From assembly GCA_964449915.1 (NCBI GenBank), contig CAYVCE010000171.1, positions 1 through 54,995 of the forward strand: a stretch of DNA of 54,995 bases. The letters are read 5' to 3'. The DNA comes from an uncultured Steroidobacteraceae bacterium. GTDB lineage: Bacteria; Chloroflexota; Limnocylindria; QHBO01. The notes beneath the pieces are model-generated. The model was not told the origin of the DNA and searched no databases. It was given only the letters and a program-made list of their open reading frames with translations. The translations under genes and the position numbers were made by a program. Shown here one piece after another: positions 29,589 through 39,730 of this stretch (positions within the stretch are counted from its first letter, which is position 1; each line of letters opens with the position of its first letter).

Positions 29589-30365
29589 TTAGGTGTCCGG
29601 TGGAGGCACGTCTCGATCCGCGGCCGCCGTGACTGAGCGTGGCCGATGGCTCTGGCGCCTCACCCGACGCCGCGCGGCGCGCCTAACGTCGCCACCAGCG
29701 TTGGGTGGCAATTCGGTCATGGCCAGGACGCCCGTCGGCGACCCGACCGGGCTTCGCAGCCAGGCGGCGACTGCGGGACCGCGCAGTGCGTAGCGAGAGA
29801 AGAGCGCCGCGAGCGCCGCGAGCCGGCGTCGATGAGTCGTGCCATCAGCGAGGACGATCGCAGGAACGACGAGCCGGGCCTGCCAGCCGAGCTCGCGCGC
29901 AACGTGAGGGGCAAGTCGCGCCTTCACGTCGAGGCCGCCGAGCAGCTCCTGGGCATCGACGAGCGCAGTCTTGACCTCGATCACGAGGACGACCCGCTGT
30001 GTGGGATGGTAGGCGAGCAGGTCGAATCGGCCGCGGTCACCGTACCGATTGAAGCTGACTTCGCTTCGGACGACCCACCCGAGCCGCTCCAGCCGTCGCG
30101 ACCACACGGCGGCCAACGCGGCGTGGTCGGCGTCCAGCAGCCGGTCGACGTCCTGCCGCTGCCAGCCGATGTCCCAATTGAGCGGCAGGTCGACAGCTGC
30201 GGCGACCATCCGAGCCGCGCGGACCGTCAGCCGGCCCACGTGTCCGCGTTCCACGAGGGAGCACGCGGTCGCTCCCACGCCGGCCGCCTGTGCCAAGTCG
30301 ACCAGCCGCCACCCACGGCGGTGACGCCGAGCGCGAACTGCCTGGCCGAGTCGGCGGTCATCCAC
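29589..30365 (-). CDS. XRE-type HTH protein fused to a PD-(D/E)xK (restriction-endonuclease/Hjc-like) domain
   Basis: N-terminus LGQAVRARRHRRGWRLVDLAQAAGVGATACSLVERG is an XRE-type HTH. The central region GDRGRFDLLAYH...VVLVIEVKT fits a D...(D/E)xK nuclease core. Arg-rich C-terminal tail. GTG start at 30365. Confidence 0.6.
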   Translation of the reverse strand: MDDRRLGQAVRARRHRRGWRLVDLAQAAGVGATACSLVERGHVGRLTVRAARMVAAAVDLPLNWDIGWQRQDVDRLLDADHAALAAVWSRRLERLGWVVRSEVSFNRYGDRGRFDLLAYHPTQRVVLVIEVKTALVDAQELLGGLDVKARLAPHVARELGWQARLVVPAIVLADGTTHRRRLAALAALFSRYALRGPAVAAWLRSPVGSPTGVLAMTELPPNAGGDVRRAARRRVRRQSHRPRSVTAAADRDVPPPDT

Positions 30366-30385
30366 GGTTCCATGATGCCGATGCC

Positions 30386-30416
30386 GGATTACCCCGCACT
30401 TACTCCCGCCCTACAC
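30386..30416 (-). promoter_or_regulatory. phased direct-repeat site D (TGTAGGGC ggg AGTAAGTG cgg GGTAATCC)
   Basis: Three GTA-containing 8-mers at 11-bp spacing on the minus strand, in the 59-nt divergent gap upstream of the HTH-nuclease gene. Confidence 0.35.
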
Positions 30417-30424
30417 TCGGTGAC

Positions 30425-30973
30425 GTGAGCCGAACCATCGAACGCATCGCCGGCCTGCTGCTCCTGTTGGTCGGCGTGCTGGTACTCGCCAGCGAGCCGA
30501 TCAGCGGGCTCGTGAGCGGGCTGGGTGTCAGCGACGACGCGCTGCGCTGGTGGCCGCTGCTCATCATCGGCGGGTCGCTCTTCTTCCTGGTGCCGGGGCT
30601 GGTCGGCGGGCCGAGCCGGCGGCTGCGGGCCGGGATGATGATCCCCGGCGCGATCCTGGCCGGCGTTGGCGGTGCGCTGCTGTACACCAGCCTCGCGGAC
30701 CGTTGGGGCGCGTGGGCCTACCTGTGGAGCGTCCTTCCGTTCAGCTTCGGAATCGGGATGTACGCGGCCGGCTGGATCGCCGACGCGCCGGCGTTCAAGT
30801 GGATCGGGTCCGGGATCGCGGCCGGCGGCCTCGTTGCCTATCTCGTCTTCGCGACGGCCTTCGGGGGCGAGGCATTCCGGCTGATCGCCGCGATCGGCAT
30901 CATCGCGCTTGGGCTGGCGCTCACGATCGGCGGGCTCGCCGAGCGGTTGAGCCGGAAGTCGCCGCTCGCCTAG
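30425..30973 (+). CDS. integral membrane protein, function unknown
   Basis: GTG at 30425. 182 aa with 5-6 hydrophobic helices. Divergent from the HTH-nuclease gene. Confidence 0.6.
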   Translation: MSRTIERIAGLLLLLVGVLVLASEPISGLVSGLGVSDDALRWWPLLIIGGSLFFLVPGLVGGPSRRLRAGMMIPGAILAGVGGALLYTSLADRWGAWAYLWSVLPFSFGIGMYAAGWIADAPAFKWIGSGIAAGGLVAYLVFATAFGGEAFRLIAAIGIIALGLALTIGGLAERLSRKSPLA

Positions 30974-31049
30974 CGCTTCTCCGGGCGCGCAGGGGCCGGG
31001 ACACCAGGTCGCCTGCCTGCTCGTCGAGGACCGCGCCTGAAGCGGGCGC

Positions 31050-31589
31050 TCACAGGAGCACCGCGACGACGATGGCTGCCGTCACCACGGCCGAGCCGAG
31101 GGAGGGGAGCAGGCGCGCCAGGCGCGAGGGCAGACGAGCCACGGCCGCCGCGACGATCGCCGCGTCGGCCGCGCCCGCGACGCCACCGACCGCCGCGGCG
31201 AAGGCGTGGGCCAGGGTCGGCGAGGCGCTGCCGAGCTGTCGCTCGCCGGCCATGACCACCCCCAGCATGACGACCACCAGCGCGCCGAAGAGACCGCCGC
31301 CGAGCGTCGCCGCGAAGGCGCGCGCCGCACCGATCTGGGTGGCACCGGTCGCGGCCGCGCCGACGGCCAGCGTGGCTGCCACGAGGTAGGTCGCCGGGAG
31401 CGCGTCGCCGGCATCATCGGGCGGTGCGGCGAGGAACCACGCGAGCGCCACGATCGGGCCCGCCAGCATGCCCAGCGCGGCGACCCAGGTCAGCGGCCGG
31501 GTCCAGTCCTCGGGATCATCGGGCGGCACCACCTCGCCGAGCCGCACGCTGACCGGGACGAGCTCGTCGTCGTTCATTCCCTGCGTCAT
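31050..31589 (-). CDS. Ala/Gly-rich integral membrane protein, function unknown
   Basis: 179 aa. ATGA overlap with the upstream cysteine-ligase gene (31586-31589). Four hydrophobic segments. Confidence 0.55.
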   Translation of the reverse strand: MTQGMNDDELVPVSVRLGEVVPPDDPEDWTRPLTWVAALGMLAGPIVALAWFLAAPPDDAGDALPATYLVAATLAVGAAATGATQIGAARAFAATLGGGLFGALVVVMLGVVMAGERQLGSASPTLAHAFAAAVGGVAGAADAAIVAAAVARLPSRLARLLPSLGSAVVTAAIVVAVLL

Positions 31590-32851
31590 GCGGCGCTGGC
31601 GCTCAGCGCGGGCACGGTCGCCAGGCGCAGGCCCAGGATCCGGGCGCCGAGCTCACGGACCATCCAGCCGGCCTGCGCGGCGAGGGCCGCGTCGGGCGAC
31701 TCGAGGGCCAGCTCGGCCAGCGCTGCCAGCTCCGGCATGGCGCGCGGCGTGTCCAGGTCGTCGTCCATGGCGGCGAGGAAGCGCGCCCGGTGGTCGGCAA
31801 CGATGGACTGAAGCTCGGCGGCATCGGCAAGGGCGGGGTCGGCCGGAGAGAGCTCTTCGGCTCGCAGGCAGGCTCGTCGCAGGAGCGCGGCCCCCTCGGC
31901 GGCGGCGTCCAGGTCCCGCTCGACGAAGTCGATCTGCGCGCGGTAGTGGCGCGAGACGAGGTAATGGCGAATCGCGTCGCCGGAGTAGGTGCGCAGCAGG
32001 TCGCGGACGAGGACGAGGTTGCCGAGCGACTTGCTCATCTTGTCGCCGCCGTAGCCGAGCATCCCGGCATGGCTCCAATGGCTGACCCAGGGGCGCTCGC
32101 CCGTGGCGCCCTCCGACTGCGCGAGCTCCGATTCGTGGTGCGGGAAGACGAGGTCGGCCCCGCCGCCGTGGACCTCGAAGCGGGTGCCGAGGTAGGCCAT
32201 CGCCATCGCCGAGCACTCGACGTGCCAGCCGGGCCGGCCGGGTCCCCACGGCGACTCCCAGGCCGGCTCGTCCGGCAGCGAGCGCTGCCAGAGCACGAAG
32301 TCGAGCGGATCGCGCTTGCCCGGCATGTCGGGCACGTTGCCGCGCTCGTTGGCGAGCGGCAGCATCGCCGCGCGCTCCAGCTTCGAGAGCTCGCCGTAGC
32401 GCGGGTAGGCGTCGACGTCGAAGTACACGTTGCCCTCCGCCGCGTAAGCGAGGCCGTTCTCGATCAGCGAGCCGATGAGCCGCTGCATGTGCGGGATGTG
32501 CTGCGTGGCGCGCGGGTAGTGGTCGGGCGGCAGCCAGTTGAGGGCCGCCATCTCGGTCAGGAAGGACGTGACCCATCGGTTCCCGAGCGCGAGGTAGTCC
32601 TCGCCGGTCTCGCGCGCCCTGCGCAGCATGTCGTCGTCGACATCGGTCAGGTTCTGGACGTAGACGACGTCGTGGCCGAGGTACTCGAGGTACCGATGCA
32701 GGACGTCGAAGCTGACGTACGTGAAGGCGTGGCCGAGATGCCCGGTGTCGTACGGCGTCACGCCGCACACGTACAGGCCGATGGGGCCGTCGCCGACGGG
32801 CTGGAACGGGTGCAGCCCGCCGCGGCGGGCATCGTGGAGGCGCAGGGTCAC
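31586..32851 (-). CDS. mshC: class-I cysteine ligase of the CysRS family; features favour MshC (mycothiol Cys:GlcN-Ins ligase) over a canonical CysRS
   Basis: [68 protein letters not shown]. Only 421 aa from the GTG at 32851, and it lacks the CysRS C-terminal helical extension. Confidence 0.75.
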   Translation of the reverse strand: MTLRLHDARRGGLHPFQPVGDGPIGLYVCGVTPYDTGHLGHAFTYVSFDVLHRYLEYLGHDVVYVQNLTDVDDDMLRRARETGEDYLALGNRWVTSFLTEMAALNWLPPDHYPRATQHIPHMQRLIGSLIENGLAYAAEGNVYFDVDAYPRYGELSKLERAAMLPLANERGNVPDMPGKRDPLDFVLWQRSLPDEPAWESPWGPGRPGWHVECSAMAMAYLGTRFEVHGGGADLVFPHHESELAQSEGATGERPWVSHWSHAGMLGYGGDKMSKSLGNLVLVRDLLRTYSGDAIRHYLVSRHYRAQIDFVERDLDAAAEGAALLRRACLRAEELSPADPALADAAELQSIVADHRARFLAAMDDDLDTPRAMPELAALAELALESPDAALAAQAGWMVRELGARILGLRLATVPALSASAA

Positions 32852-32970
32852 GGTGCGGATTCTAAAGCGGACCGACCTGCGGCACGGAGGGGCTGGACGG
32901 GACCGATAGAATCGGCGGCACCGACCTCGGGGGGTCCGCTGCCGACCGAACCACCGCAATCGGAGCCGAC

Positions 32971-33075
32971 ATGGAAGTCCTGCGCTGGCTGCTCTTTTTC
33001 GCGATCGCCATGTTCCTGATCGTGGCGGGCATCTTCTTCGTCATGGGCAGGTCGCTGCCGCTGCCGAGGTTCTAG
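32971..33075 (+). CDS. candidate 34-aa hydrophobic peptide
   Basis: Not in the ORF track. ATG at 32971 sits 5 nt after GGAG. Translation MEVLRWLLFFAIAMFLIVAGIFFVMGRSLPLPRF, mostly G/C-ending codons. Confidence 0.35.
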   Translation: MEVLRWLLFFAIAMFLIVAGIFFVMGRSLPLPRF

Positions 33076-33079
33076 CCCC

Positions 33080-33529
33080 TCACCACAGGTTCGGCTTCGT
33101 GCCCATCAGGAAGCCGATGATGCCGATCACTGCCGCCATCCCATACGCCACGTAGCGTTGCTGGCGGGCACGGCGCCGCCACGTCGCCTCATCGGTCTGG
33201 CTGCCGCCCAGGCCGATCAGGCGGCGCAGATTCGGGCGGCTGACGAAGGCGGCCACGACGAGGTTGGCGGCGTACAGCGCAAGCGCGACCAGCAGCCAGG
33301 GCTGCGTCAGCAGCTCCGGGCCGAGGATCCACAGCATTGCCGCGCCGGTCAGGGCCAGGCCGCCGGCGATCACGAGCGTGCCGGTGCCCTGCAGCGCCAC
33401 CAGCGCGCGGGTGAACGGTCCCGGCGGGCCGCTCGAACGGCGCAGCACGAACGGCAGCAGCACGCTCGGCAGCACCAACGCGACGGCCAGCGTGATGTGG
33501 GCGGCCAGCAGGACCGGGAACCAGTTCAT
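33080..33529 (-). CDS. integral membrane protein (DUF2269-like)
   Basis: 149 aa from the ATG at 33529 with four hydrophobic helices. The family name is a recollection, not a search result. Confidence 0.55.
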   Translation of the reverse strand: MNWFPVLLAAHITLAVALVLPSVLLPFVLRRSSGPPGPFTRALVALQGTGTLVIAGGLALTGAAMLWILGPELLTQPWLLVALALYAANLVVAAFVSRPNLRRLIGLGGSQTDEATWRRRARQQRYVAYGMAAVIGIIGFLMGTKPNLW

Positions 33530-33677
33530 GGGTGCCCGATCGTACCGTACGAGGGGCCTCGGCCACCTTTTCGACGTCGCGCGGCAGGCGATCAGCCTGA
33601 CGCCATCCCAGCCGAAGGCGCAGGGCTCGCACGATCCTGCCGAGCGATCGATCCACCTGCCCAAGATGGCGGATCGC

Positions 33678-33707
33678 GGATTATTGGTCGGTTACTCGGC
33701 GCTTACC
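33678..33707 (-). promoter_or_regulatory. phased direct-repeat site C (GGTAAGCG ccg AGTAACCG acc AATAATCC)
   Basis: Same 8-3-8-3-8 layout as site A on the minus strand, about 150 nt upstream of the 33529 start and abutting the stop of the 33710 gene. Confidence 0.4.
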
Positions 33708-33709
33708 GA

Positions 33710-34057
33710 TCAGCGGCCCTTGGTGAAGTTCCTGTGCACGCCCAGGCGGCGCAGGGCCGTCGGGATGTTGACGGCCCAGCCGACGCCGAGGGGCCGATCG
33801 GTGAAGACCTTGGGTGAGTGCGGGTTCCAGTAGGCCTGGCGAACCTGCTCGAACGACGGCATCCGGAAGTCGTAGGGCACGAAGCCGAGCAGCTTGCCGT
33901 GCCAGGTGCGCTCCTCCGGCGGCTTGCGCAGCTCGCTGTAGATGGCGCCCACGAACGCGCCGATGACGGCCATCCTGATGAGCCAGAGCAGACTGCCGAC
34001 TTCGCTGCGCGCCGTGTCGGCGCGATGGGTGAGATCGGTGCGGACGGTGTCGATCAT
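33710..34057 (-). CDS. small membrane protein, function unknown (DUF5808-like C-terminus?)
   Basis: 115 aa with one TM (LLWLIRMAVIGAFVGAIY) and the motif RPLGVGWAVNIP. Confidence 0.5.
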   Translation of the reverse strand: MIDTVRTDLTHRADTARSEVGSLLWLIRMAVIGAFVGAIYSELRKPPEERTWHGKLLGFVPYDFRMPSFEQVRQAYWNPHSPKVFTDRPLGVGWAVNIPTALRRLGVHRNFTKGR

Positions 34058-34120
34058 GAATCCTCCTCGACCGATGCTTCACGCAAGCGGTGTGCCGCCT
34101 AGACTCTAGCGCCTGGACCG

Positions 34121-35086
34121 ATGATGACCAATCCCGCCCTCCCCTTCCTCGACGCCGACGCCATCCGGCGCAGCGTGACCGTCGCCGACCTGCTCGACGC
34201 CGTGGAGGCCGCCTATCGCGACGTGGCCGCGGGACGCGATCGCTCGCCCCTGCGCTCGCACGTCGACCTGGCCGACGGATCGCTGCTGCTCATGCCCGGT
34301 ATCCGCGAAGGCGGCACGGGCGCAACGGTCAAGCTCGTCACCATCATGCCGGGGAACGCGGCTCGCGGGCTGCCGACGATCCACGCCCTCGTCGCCTGGT
34401 TCGAGGCGGCGACCGGTCGGCCGCTGGCCATCCTCGACGGCGCGGAGATCACCGCCATGCGGACCGGGGCCGCATCGGGCGTCGCCACCCGCCTCCTGGC
34501 CCGGCAGGATGCGGCCACGCTGGCGGTCATCGGTGCCGGCGCGCAGGCCGCCTGGCAGGTGCGGGCTGTGCTCGGGGCGCGGCCGATCCGGCAGGTGCTC
34601 GTCTATGCGCGCGACGCCGAGCGACGCACCCGATTTGCGCGTCGCATGGCCGACGAGACCGGCATCGAGGTCGTGGCCGTCGACACCGCCGAGCACGCCG
34701 TGCGGGGGGCGGACGTGATCTGCTGTGCGACCACCTCGACCGAGCCGGTGTTCGATGCGGCCTGGGTGCGGCCGGGGACGCACGTCAACGGGATCGGCGC
34801 CTTCCGACCGGGGATGGTGGAGCTGCCGCCGGCGCTCTTCGCGCGTGCCGCACTGGTCGCGATCGACGCGCGGGAGGCCGCGCTGGAGGAGGCCGGTGAC
34901 CTCCTGGCGGCCATCGAGGCCGGCGCCATCGCGGAGGCCGCCCTGGTCGAGATCGGCACGATCGGGCGCGACCGCGTCGCAAGCCGCGACCCGGAGGCGA
35001 TCACCGTCTTCAAGTCCGTCGGCCTGGCCATCCAGGACGTGGCGGCCGCCGGTCTCGTGGTCGCGCGACTGCTGGGCGGCCGCTAG
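34121..35086 (+). CDS. ornithine cyclodeaminase / mu-crystallin family protein
   Basis: VKLVTIMPGN, ITAMRTGAASGVATRLLA, Rossmann motif LAVIGAGAQA, VNGIGAFRP. Confidence 0.85.
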   Translation: MMTNPALPFLDADAIRRSVTVADLLDAVEAAYRDVAAGRDRSPLRSHVDLADGSLLLMPGIREGGTGATVKLVTIMPGNAARGLPTIHALVAWFEAATGRPLAILDGAEITAMRTGAASGVATRLLARQDAATLAVIGAGAQAAWQVRAVLGARPIRQVLVYARDAERRTRFARRMADETGIEVVAVDTAEHAVRGADVICCATTSTEPVFDAAWVRPGTHVNGIGAFRPGMVELPPALFARAALVAIDAREAALEEAGDLLAAIEAGAIAEAALVEIGTIGRDRVASRDPEAITVFKSVGLAIQDVAAAGLVVARLLGGR

Positions 35087-36201
35087 GGCCAGCGCATCAG
35101 CCCGCGCGGCAGCGTGGCAAGCGCTCGCTCGACCACCAGCCGCGCGATCAGCACCCGGCTGATGGCCGGAAGCTGGGGACGCGAGAGCGCGACGGGGCGT
35201 CGCGGCGCCGCACCGGCCGCTCGCTCGAACCGGACGACGGCGTGGCTCAACAGGGCCTGAAGCGGCGGCGGGGCGGGTACCGCCGCGGGCGACACCGGGG
35301 CGGCAGCCTCGACGCTCGTCGCGCCCACGACCGCGCCGACGCTGACGATGATCGGCGCCGGATCCGTCGGCGGCGGCGGCGGCGGCGCGGCCAGCCCGAC
35401 CTGGCCGCCGCCGGGCACGGGGATCGGCGCGGGTGGGGAGGTCGGTGCGACCGCCGGAGCCGGCGTCGACGTCGGAGCCGCGGTCGCCGCGGGGCCGGTG
35501 GGTGACGGCGGGCTCGGCGTCGGGCTCGGCGTCGGAGCCGGCGTCGGAGCGGGCGTCGGAGCCGGCGTCGCGGCCGGGGGCGGCGCGAGGCTCACGACGA
35601 CGCCGGGGTAGTAGGTGCCCATGATCTGAGCGGCGCTCAGCCCGGCCAGGCCGCAGGCCTGGGTGCCCCACTGGAACATCTGCCAGCCGTTCGCATTGGC
35701 ACCGCACGACTCGTGAACGGCGCCGGCGTTGTAGTAGGTCGCGAAGAGGCGACCACCCCGGTGTGCCACGGTTGCCCATGTCGCGTCCACGGCCGCGGCC
35801 ATGGCCGGGTAGGTTGGCCGGGCAGGATCGTAGTGCTGGTCCAGCGTGGAATCGAAGACGTCGAAGCACTGGCCGGCGGCATTCGTGTGGCCGCGCCAGT
35901 GGATGACCTGGTACCAGGCGTAGTGCTTGACGGCCAGGGCGCCCGAACGCAGCGACTCCGTCGACCAGCTGCTGATCCACTCGCGCGAGAGGACGTTCTT
36001 GACGTAGGCGCCGAAGTCGACCTGGTCGACCGCACCCGATCCAGTGCGGAAGACGCGGATGGTGGGTGGCGGCGCCGTCTCGGACGAGTAGATCCCGCAC
36101 GCGCCGCCGGCCGATGCGGGCGGTGAGCCCACGGTCGGGACCAGCGCAGCGGCCAGCAGGATGGCGGCGAGGGCGGTCGCCGCCCGGCGTGGGCGGTGCA
36201 T
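35083..36201 (-). CDS. secreted SpoIID/LytB-domain protein with a Pro/Thr/Ala-rich linker
   Basis: Signal peptide ATALAAILLAAALV. FGAYVKNVLSREW...SLRSGALAVKHYAWY and DVFDSTLDQHYDP resemble the SpoIID domain. A long PT/PA low-complexity region follows. Confidence 0.65.
   Translation of the reverse strand: MHRPRRAATALAAILLAAALVPTVGSPPASAGGACGIYSSETAPPPTIRVFRTGSGAVDQVDFGAYVKNVLSREWISSWSTESLRSGALAVKHYAWYQVIHWRGHTNAAGQCFDVFDSTLDQHYDPARPTYPAMAAAVDATWATVAHRGGRLFATYYNAGAVHESCGANANGWQMFQWGTQACGLAGLSAAQIMGTYYPGVVVSLAPPPAATPAPTPAPTPAPTPSPTPSPPSPTGPAATAAPTSTPAPAVAPTSPPAPIPVPGGGQVGLAAPPPPPPTDPAPIIVSVGAVVGATSVEAAAPVSPAAVPAPPPLQALLSHAVVRFERAAGAAPRRPVALSRPQLPAISRVLIARLVVERALATLPRGLMRWP
35511..35575. repeat. 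12-nt tandem coding repeat (GGCGTCGGAGCC-like, encodes TPAP/TPSP)
   Basis: About five consecutive 12-nt units inside the SpoIID-like gene linker. Confidence 0.7.
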
Positions 36202-36264
36202 CGGACCGGCACCCTACCGGTGCTCGGACCGCACCGCACCCCACCGAAAGTACCGGCACCGTGC

Positions 36265-37149
36265 TCAGTCGGCCCAGCGGTGCACCCGTTCGCGGACCGT
36301 GTCGAAGCCGAGCTCGTCGCAGAGCGCGACGAACCGGTCGCGCCGCACGCCGTGCCATTCGAGGTCGTCGAGCGTCGGGGTCGCGCCGGCGATATCGGAG
36401 TCGCGGTTGAGCGTCGCCAGCGTGCGATACAGGATCGCGGCGGGCCGCTGGTCCTGGAGCGTGGCTGCCAGCCGGCTGGCGTTGCGCAGGTCCACTTCCC
36501 AGTCGAGGACCGATGGCGGGATGTCGTCGAGGCGCCCGAACTTGGCGAGCACGGCGGCGGCGCTCTTGGAGCCCCACCCGGGAAGGCCGGGGAAGCCGTC
36601 GCTGCTGTCGCCGACGAGGGCGAGGTAGTCCGGGATGGATCGTGGCGCGACGCCGAACTTCGCGACCACGCCGGCCGCGTCGTACGTGACGCGCCGCATC
36701 CGGTCACGCAGCACGATGCGGTCGTCGTCGACCAGCTGCGCCAGGTCCTTGTCGACCGAGCAGATGATCACCTGCTCCACGCGCGGGTCGGACGCGAAGC
36801 GCTCGACTGCGGTCGCGATGGCGTCGTCCGCCTCGTCCTCGACCATGGCCCACACCGGCATGCCGAGTGCCTCGAGGGCTCGCTCGGCGTCGCGAAACTG
36901 GGCGAGCAGGTCGGGGTCGATGCCGGCGCTCGACTTGTAGCCGGGGTACAGGTCGTTGCGCCACGACTCGATCACGTAATCGGTTGCCGCGCCGACGTGG
37001 GTCAGGTCGGGCTCGCGAAGAAGCGACAGCATCGAGTCGACGAGGCCCTGGACGGCGTTCACCGGCCGGCCGTCGGGTGCGCGGCGCGGCGGGCGCGAGT
37101 AGTAGGCACGGAACAGCTCGAACGTGGCGTCGACGAGGTGGAGCTTCAT
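36265..37149 (-). CDS. 5'-3' exonuclease (FEN/Pol I N-terminal-like)
   Basis: LHLVDATFELFRAYY, EADDAIAT, SVDKDLAQLV, LVGDSSDGFPGLPGWGSKSAA (H3TH motif). Confidence 0.85.
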   Translation of the reverse strand: MKLHLVDATFELFRAYYSRPPRRAPDGRPVNAVQGLVDSMLSLLREPDLTHVGAATDYVIESWRNDLYPGYKSSAGIDPDLLAQFRDAERALEALGMPVWAMVEDEADDAIATAVERFASDPRVEQVIICSVDKDLAQLVDDDRIVLRDRMRRVTYDAAGVVAKFGVAPRSIPDYLALVGDSSDGFPGLPGWGSKSAAAVLAKFGRLDDIPPSVLDWEVDLRNASRLAATLQDQRPAAILYRTLATLNRDSDIAGATPTLDDLEWHGVRRDRFVALCDELGFDTVRERVHRWAD

Positions 37150-37187
37150 CGGTCGCGACGAGGATACCGGGCAGGCGGGACGCAGCT

Positions 37188-37217
37188 GGTAAGCGGCCGG
37201 TAAGCGGCGATGTGCAA
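37188..37217 (+). promoter_or_regulatory. phased direct-repeat site B (GGTAAGCG gcc GGTAAGCG gcg ATGTGCAA)
   Basis: Two perfect 8-mers 11 bp apart plus a degenerate third unit. Plus-strand orientation, between the mutase stop and the exonuclease start. Confidence 0.35.
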
Positions 37218-37257
37218 GATCGGTGGGAGGGGCCGCGTTGCCGCCGACCGACTGAGG

Positions 37258-39000
<1,743 letters not shown>

Positions 39001-39115
39001 GGCGCGAAGTGTGGCCGCAAGACCGAGACGGGCGCAACTCGGCGGCCGAACGTCGCGTGCCGATGCGCGACACGTGCTCCATGCCGTGCTCGGAGCCCCG
39101 CTGCAGACTCGGGGA

Positions 39116-39730
39116 ATGAACCAGGATCACCGTCGCCTCTCGCGAGCACTGGCCGTCGCCATCCTCATGGCGGGCGCCGTGTGGGCCATCTCGTGGGGAT
39201 TCATCGCCCAGACCGATGACGGCACGCTGCGCGTGCTCGGGCTGACGGAGGGCGCCTGGCGCGCACTGCTCAACCCGGCCCTGGCCATCGCTGTGACCGG
39301 CGCCGCATGGTGGGCACGCCGGCAGCCGGCCATGCCGGCCATGGGCGTCTTCGCCGGGCTTGCCGCGATGTTCGCCGGCAACGTGCTCGACGTCGGCCTT
39401 CTCGGGCGCGCGACCCCGGCATCCGACCTCGGCTGGGTCGCATTCCTCGCCGGAGCCGCGATCGTGGTCGCCGCCCTTGGCTGGGCGGCGGCGCGAGCGA
39501 TGTCGGCCGCAACGAGCCGCCCGACGCTCATCGGTGGTGCGGCAGTCTCGGTCGTGGCCGCCGTGGCGGTCATGTCCCTGGCGGCTCCTGCAGCGGCCGC
39601 GCTGGCCCTCCTGCCCCTGATCGACACGCTCTGGCAGGGCGTTCCCTCAGCCGGAGGAACTGGCTCGTCGCCGACTCAGCCGGCGGGGGCGGCGCCTCGC
39701 TCGATGGTGAGCGCGCGCGCCGTGGACTAG
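39116..39730 (+). CDS. integral membrane protein, function unknown
   Basis: ATG at 39116. 204 aa with about five Ala-rich helices. Confidence 0.55.
   Translation: MNQDHRRLSRALAVAILMAGAVWAISWGFIAQTDDGTLRVLGLTEGAWRALLNPALAIAVTGAAWWARRQPAMPAMGVFAGLAAMFAGNVLDVGLLGRATPASDLGWVAFLAGAAIVVAALGWAAARAMSAATSRPTLIGGAAVSVVAAVAVMSLAAPAAAALALLPLIDTLWQGVPSAGGTGSSPTQPAGAAPRSMVSARAVD

Noticed and set aside
32862-33044. 60-aa minus-strand track ORF in the mshC/DUF2269 gap
   Set aside because: It has poor GC3 bias, a Lys/Ser/Pro-rich sequence and no SD. The plus-strand 34-aa hydrophobic ORF explains the region better.
35349-35583. Short tandem repeats that might suggest a CRISPR or VNTR locus
   Set aside because: The units are 12 nt, contiguous and in frame inside a gene, encoding a PT/PA linker. 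There are no spacers and no 25-40-nt repeat units. I saw no CRISPR-like array anywhere in the window.
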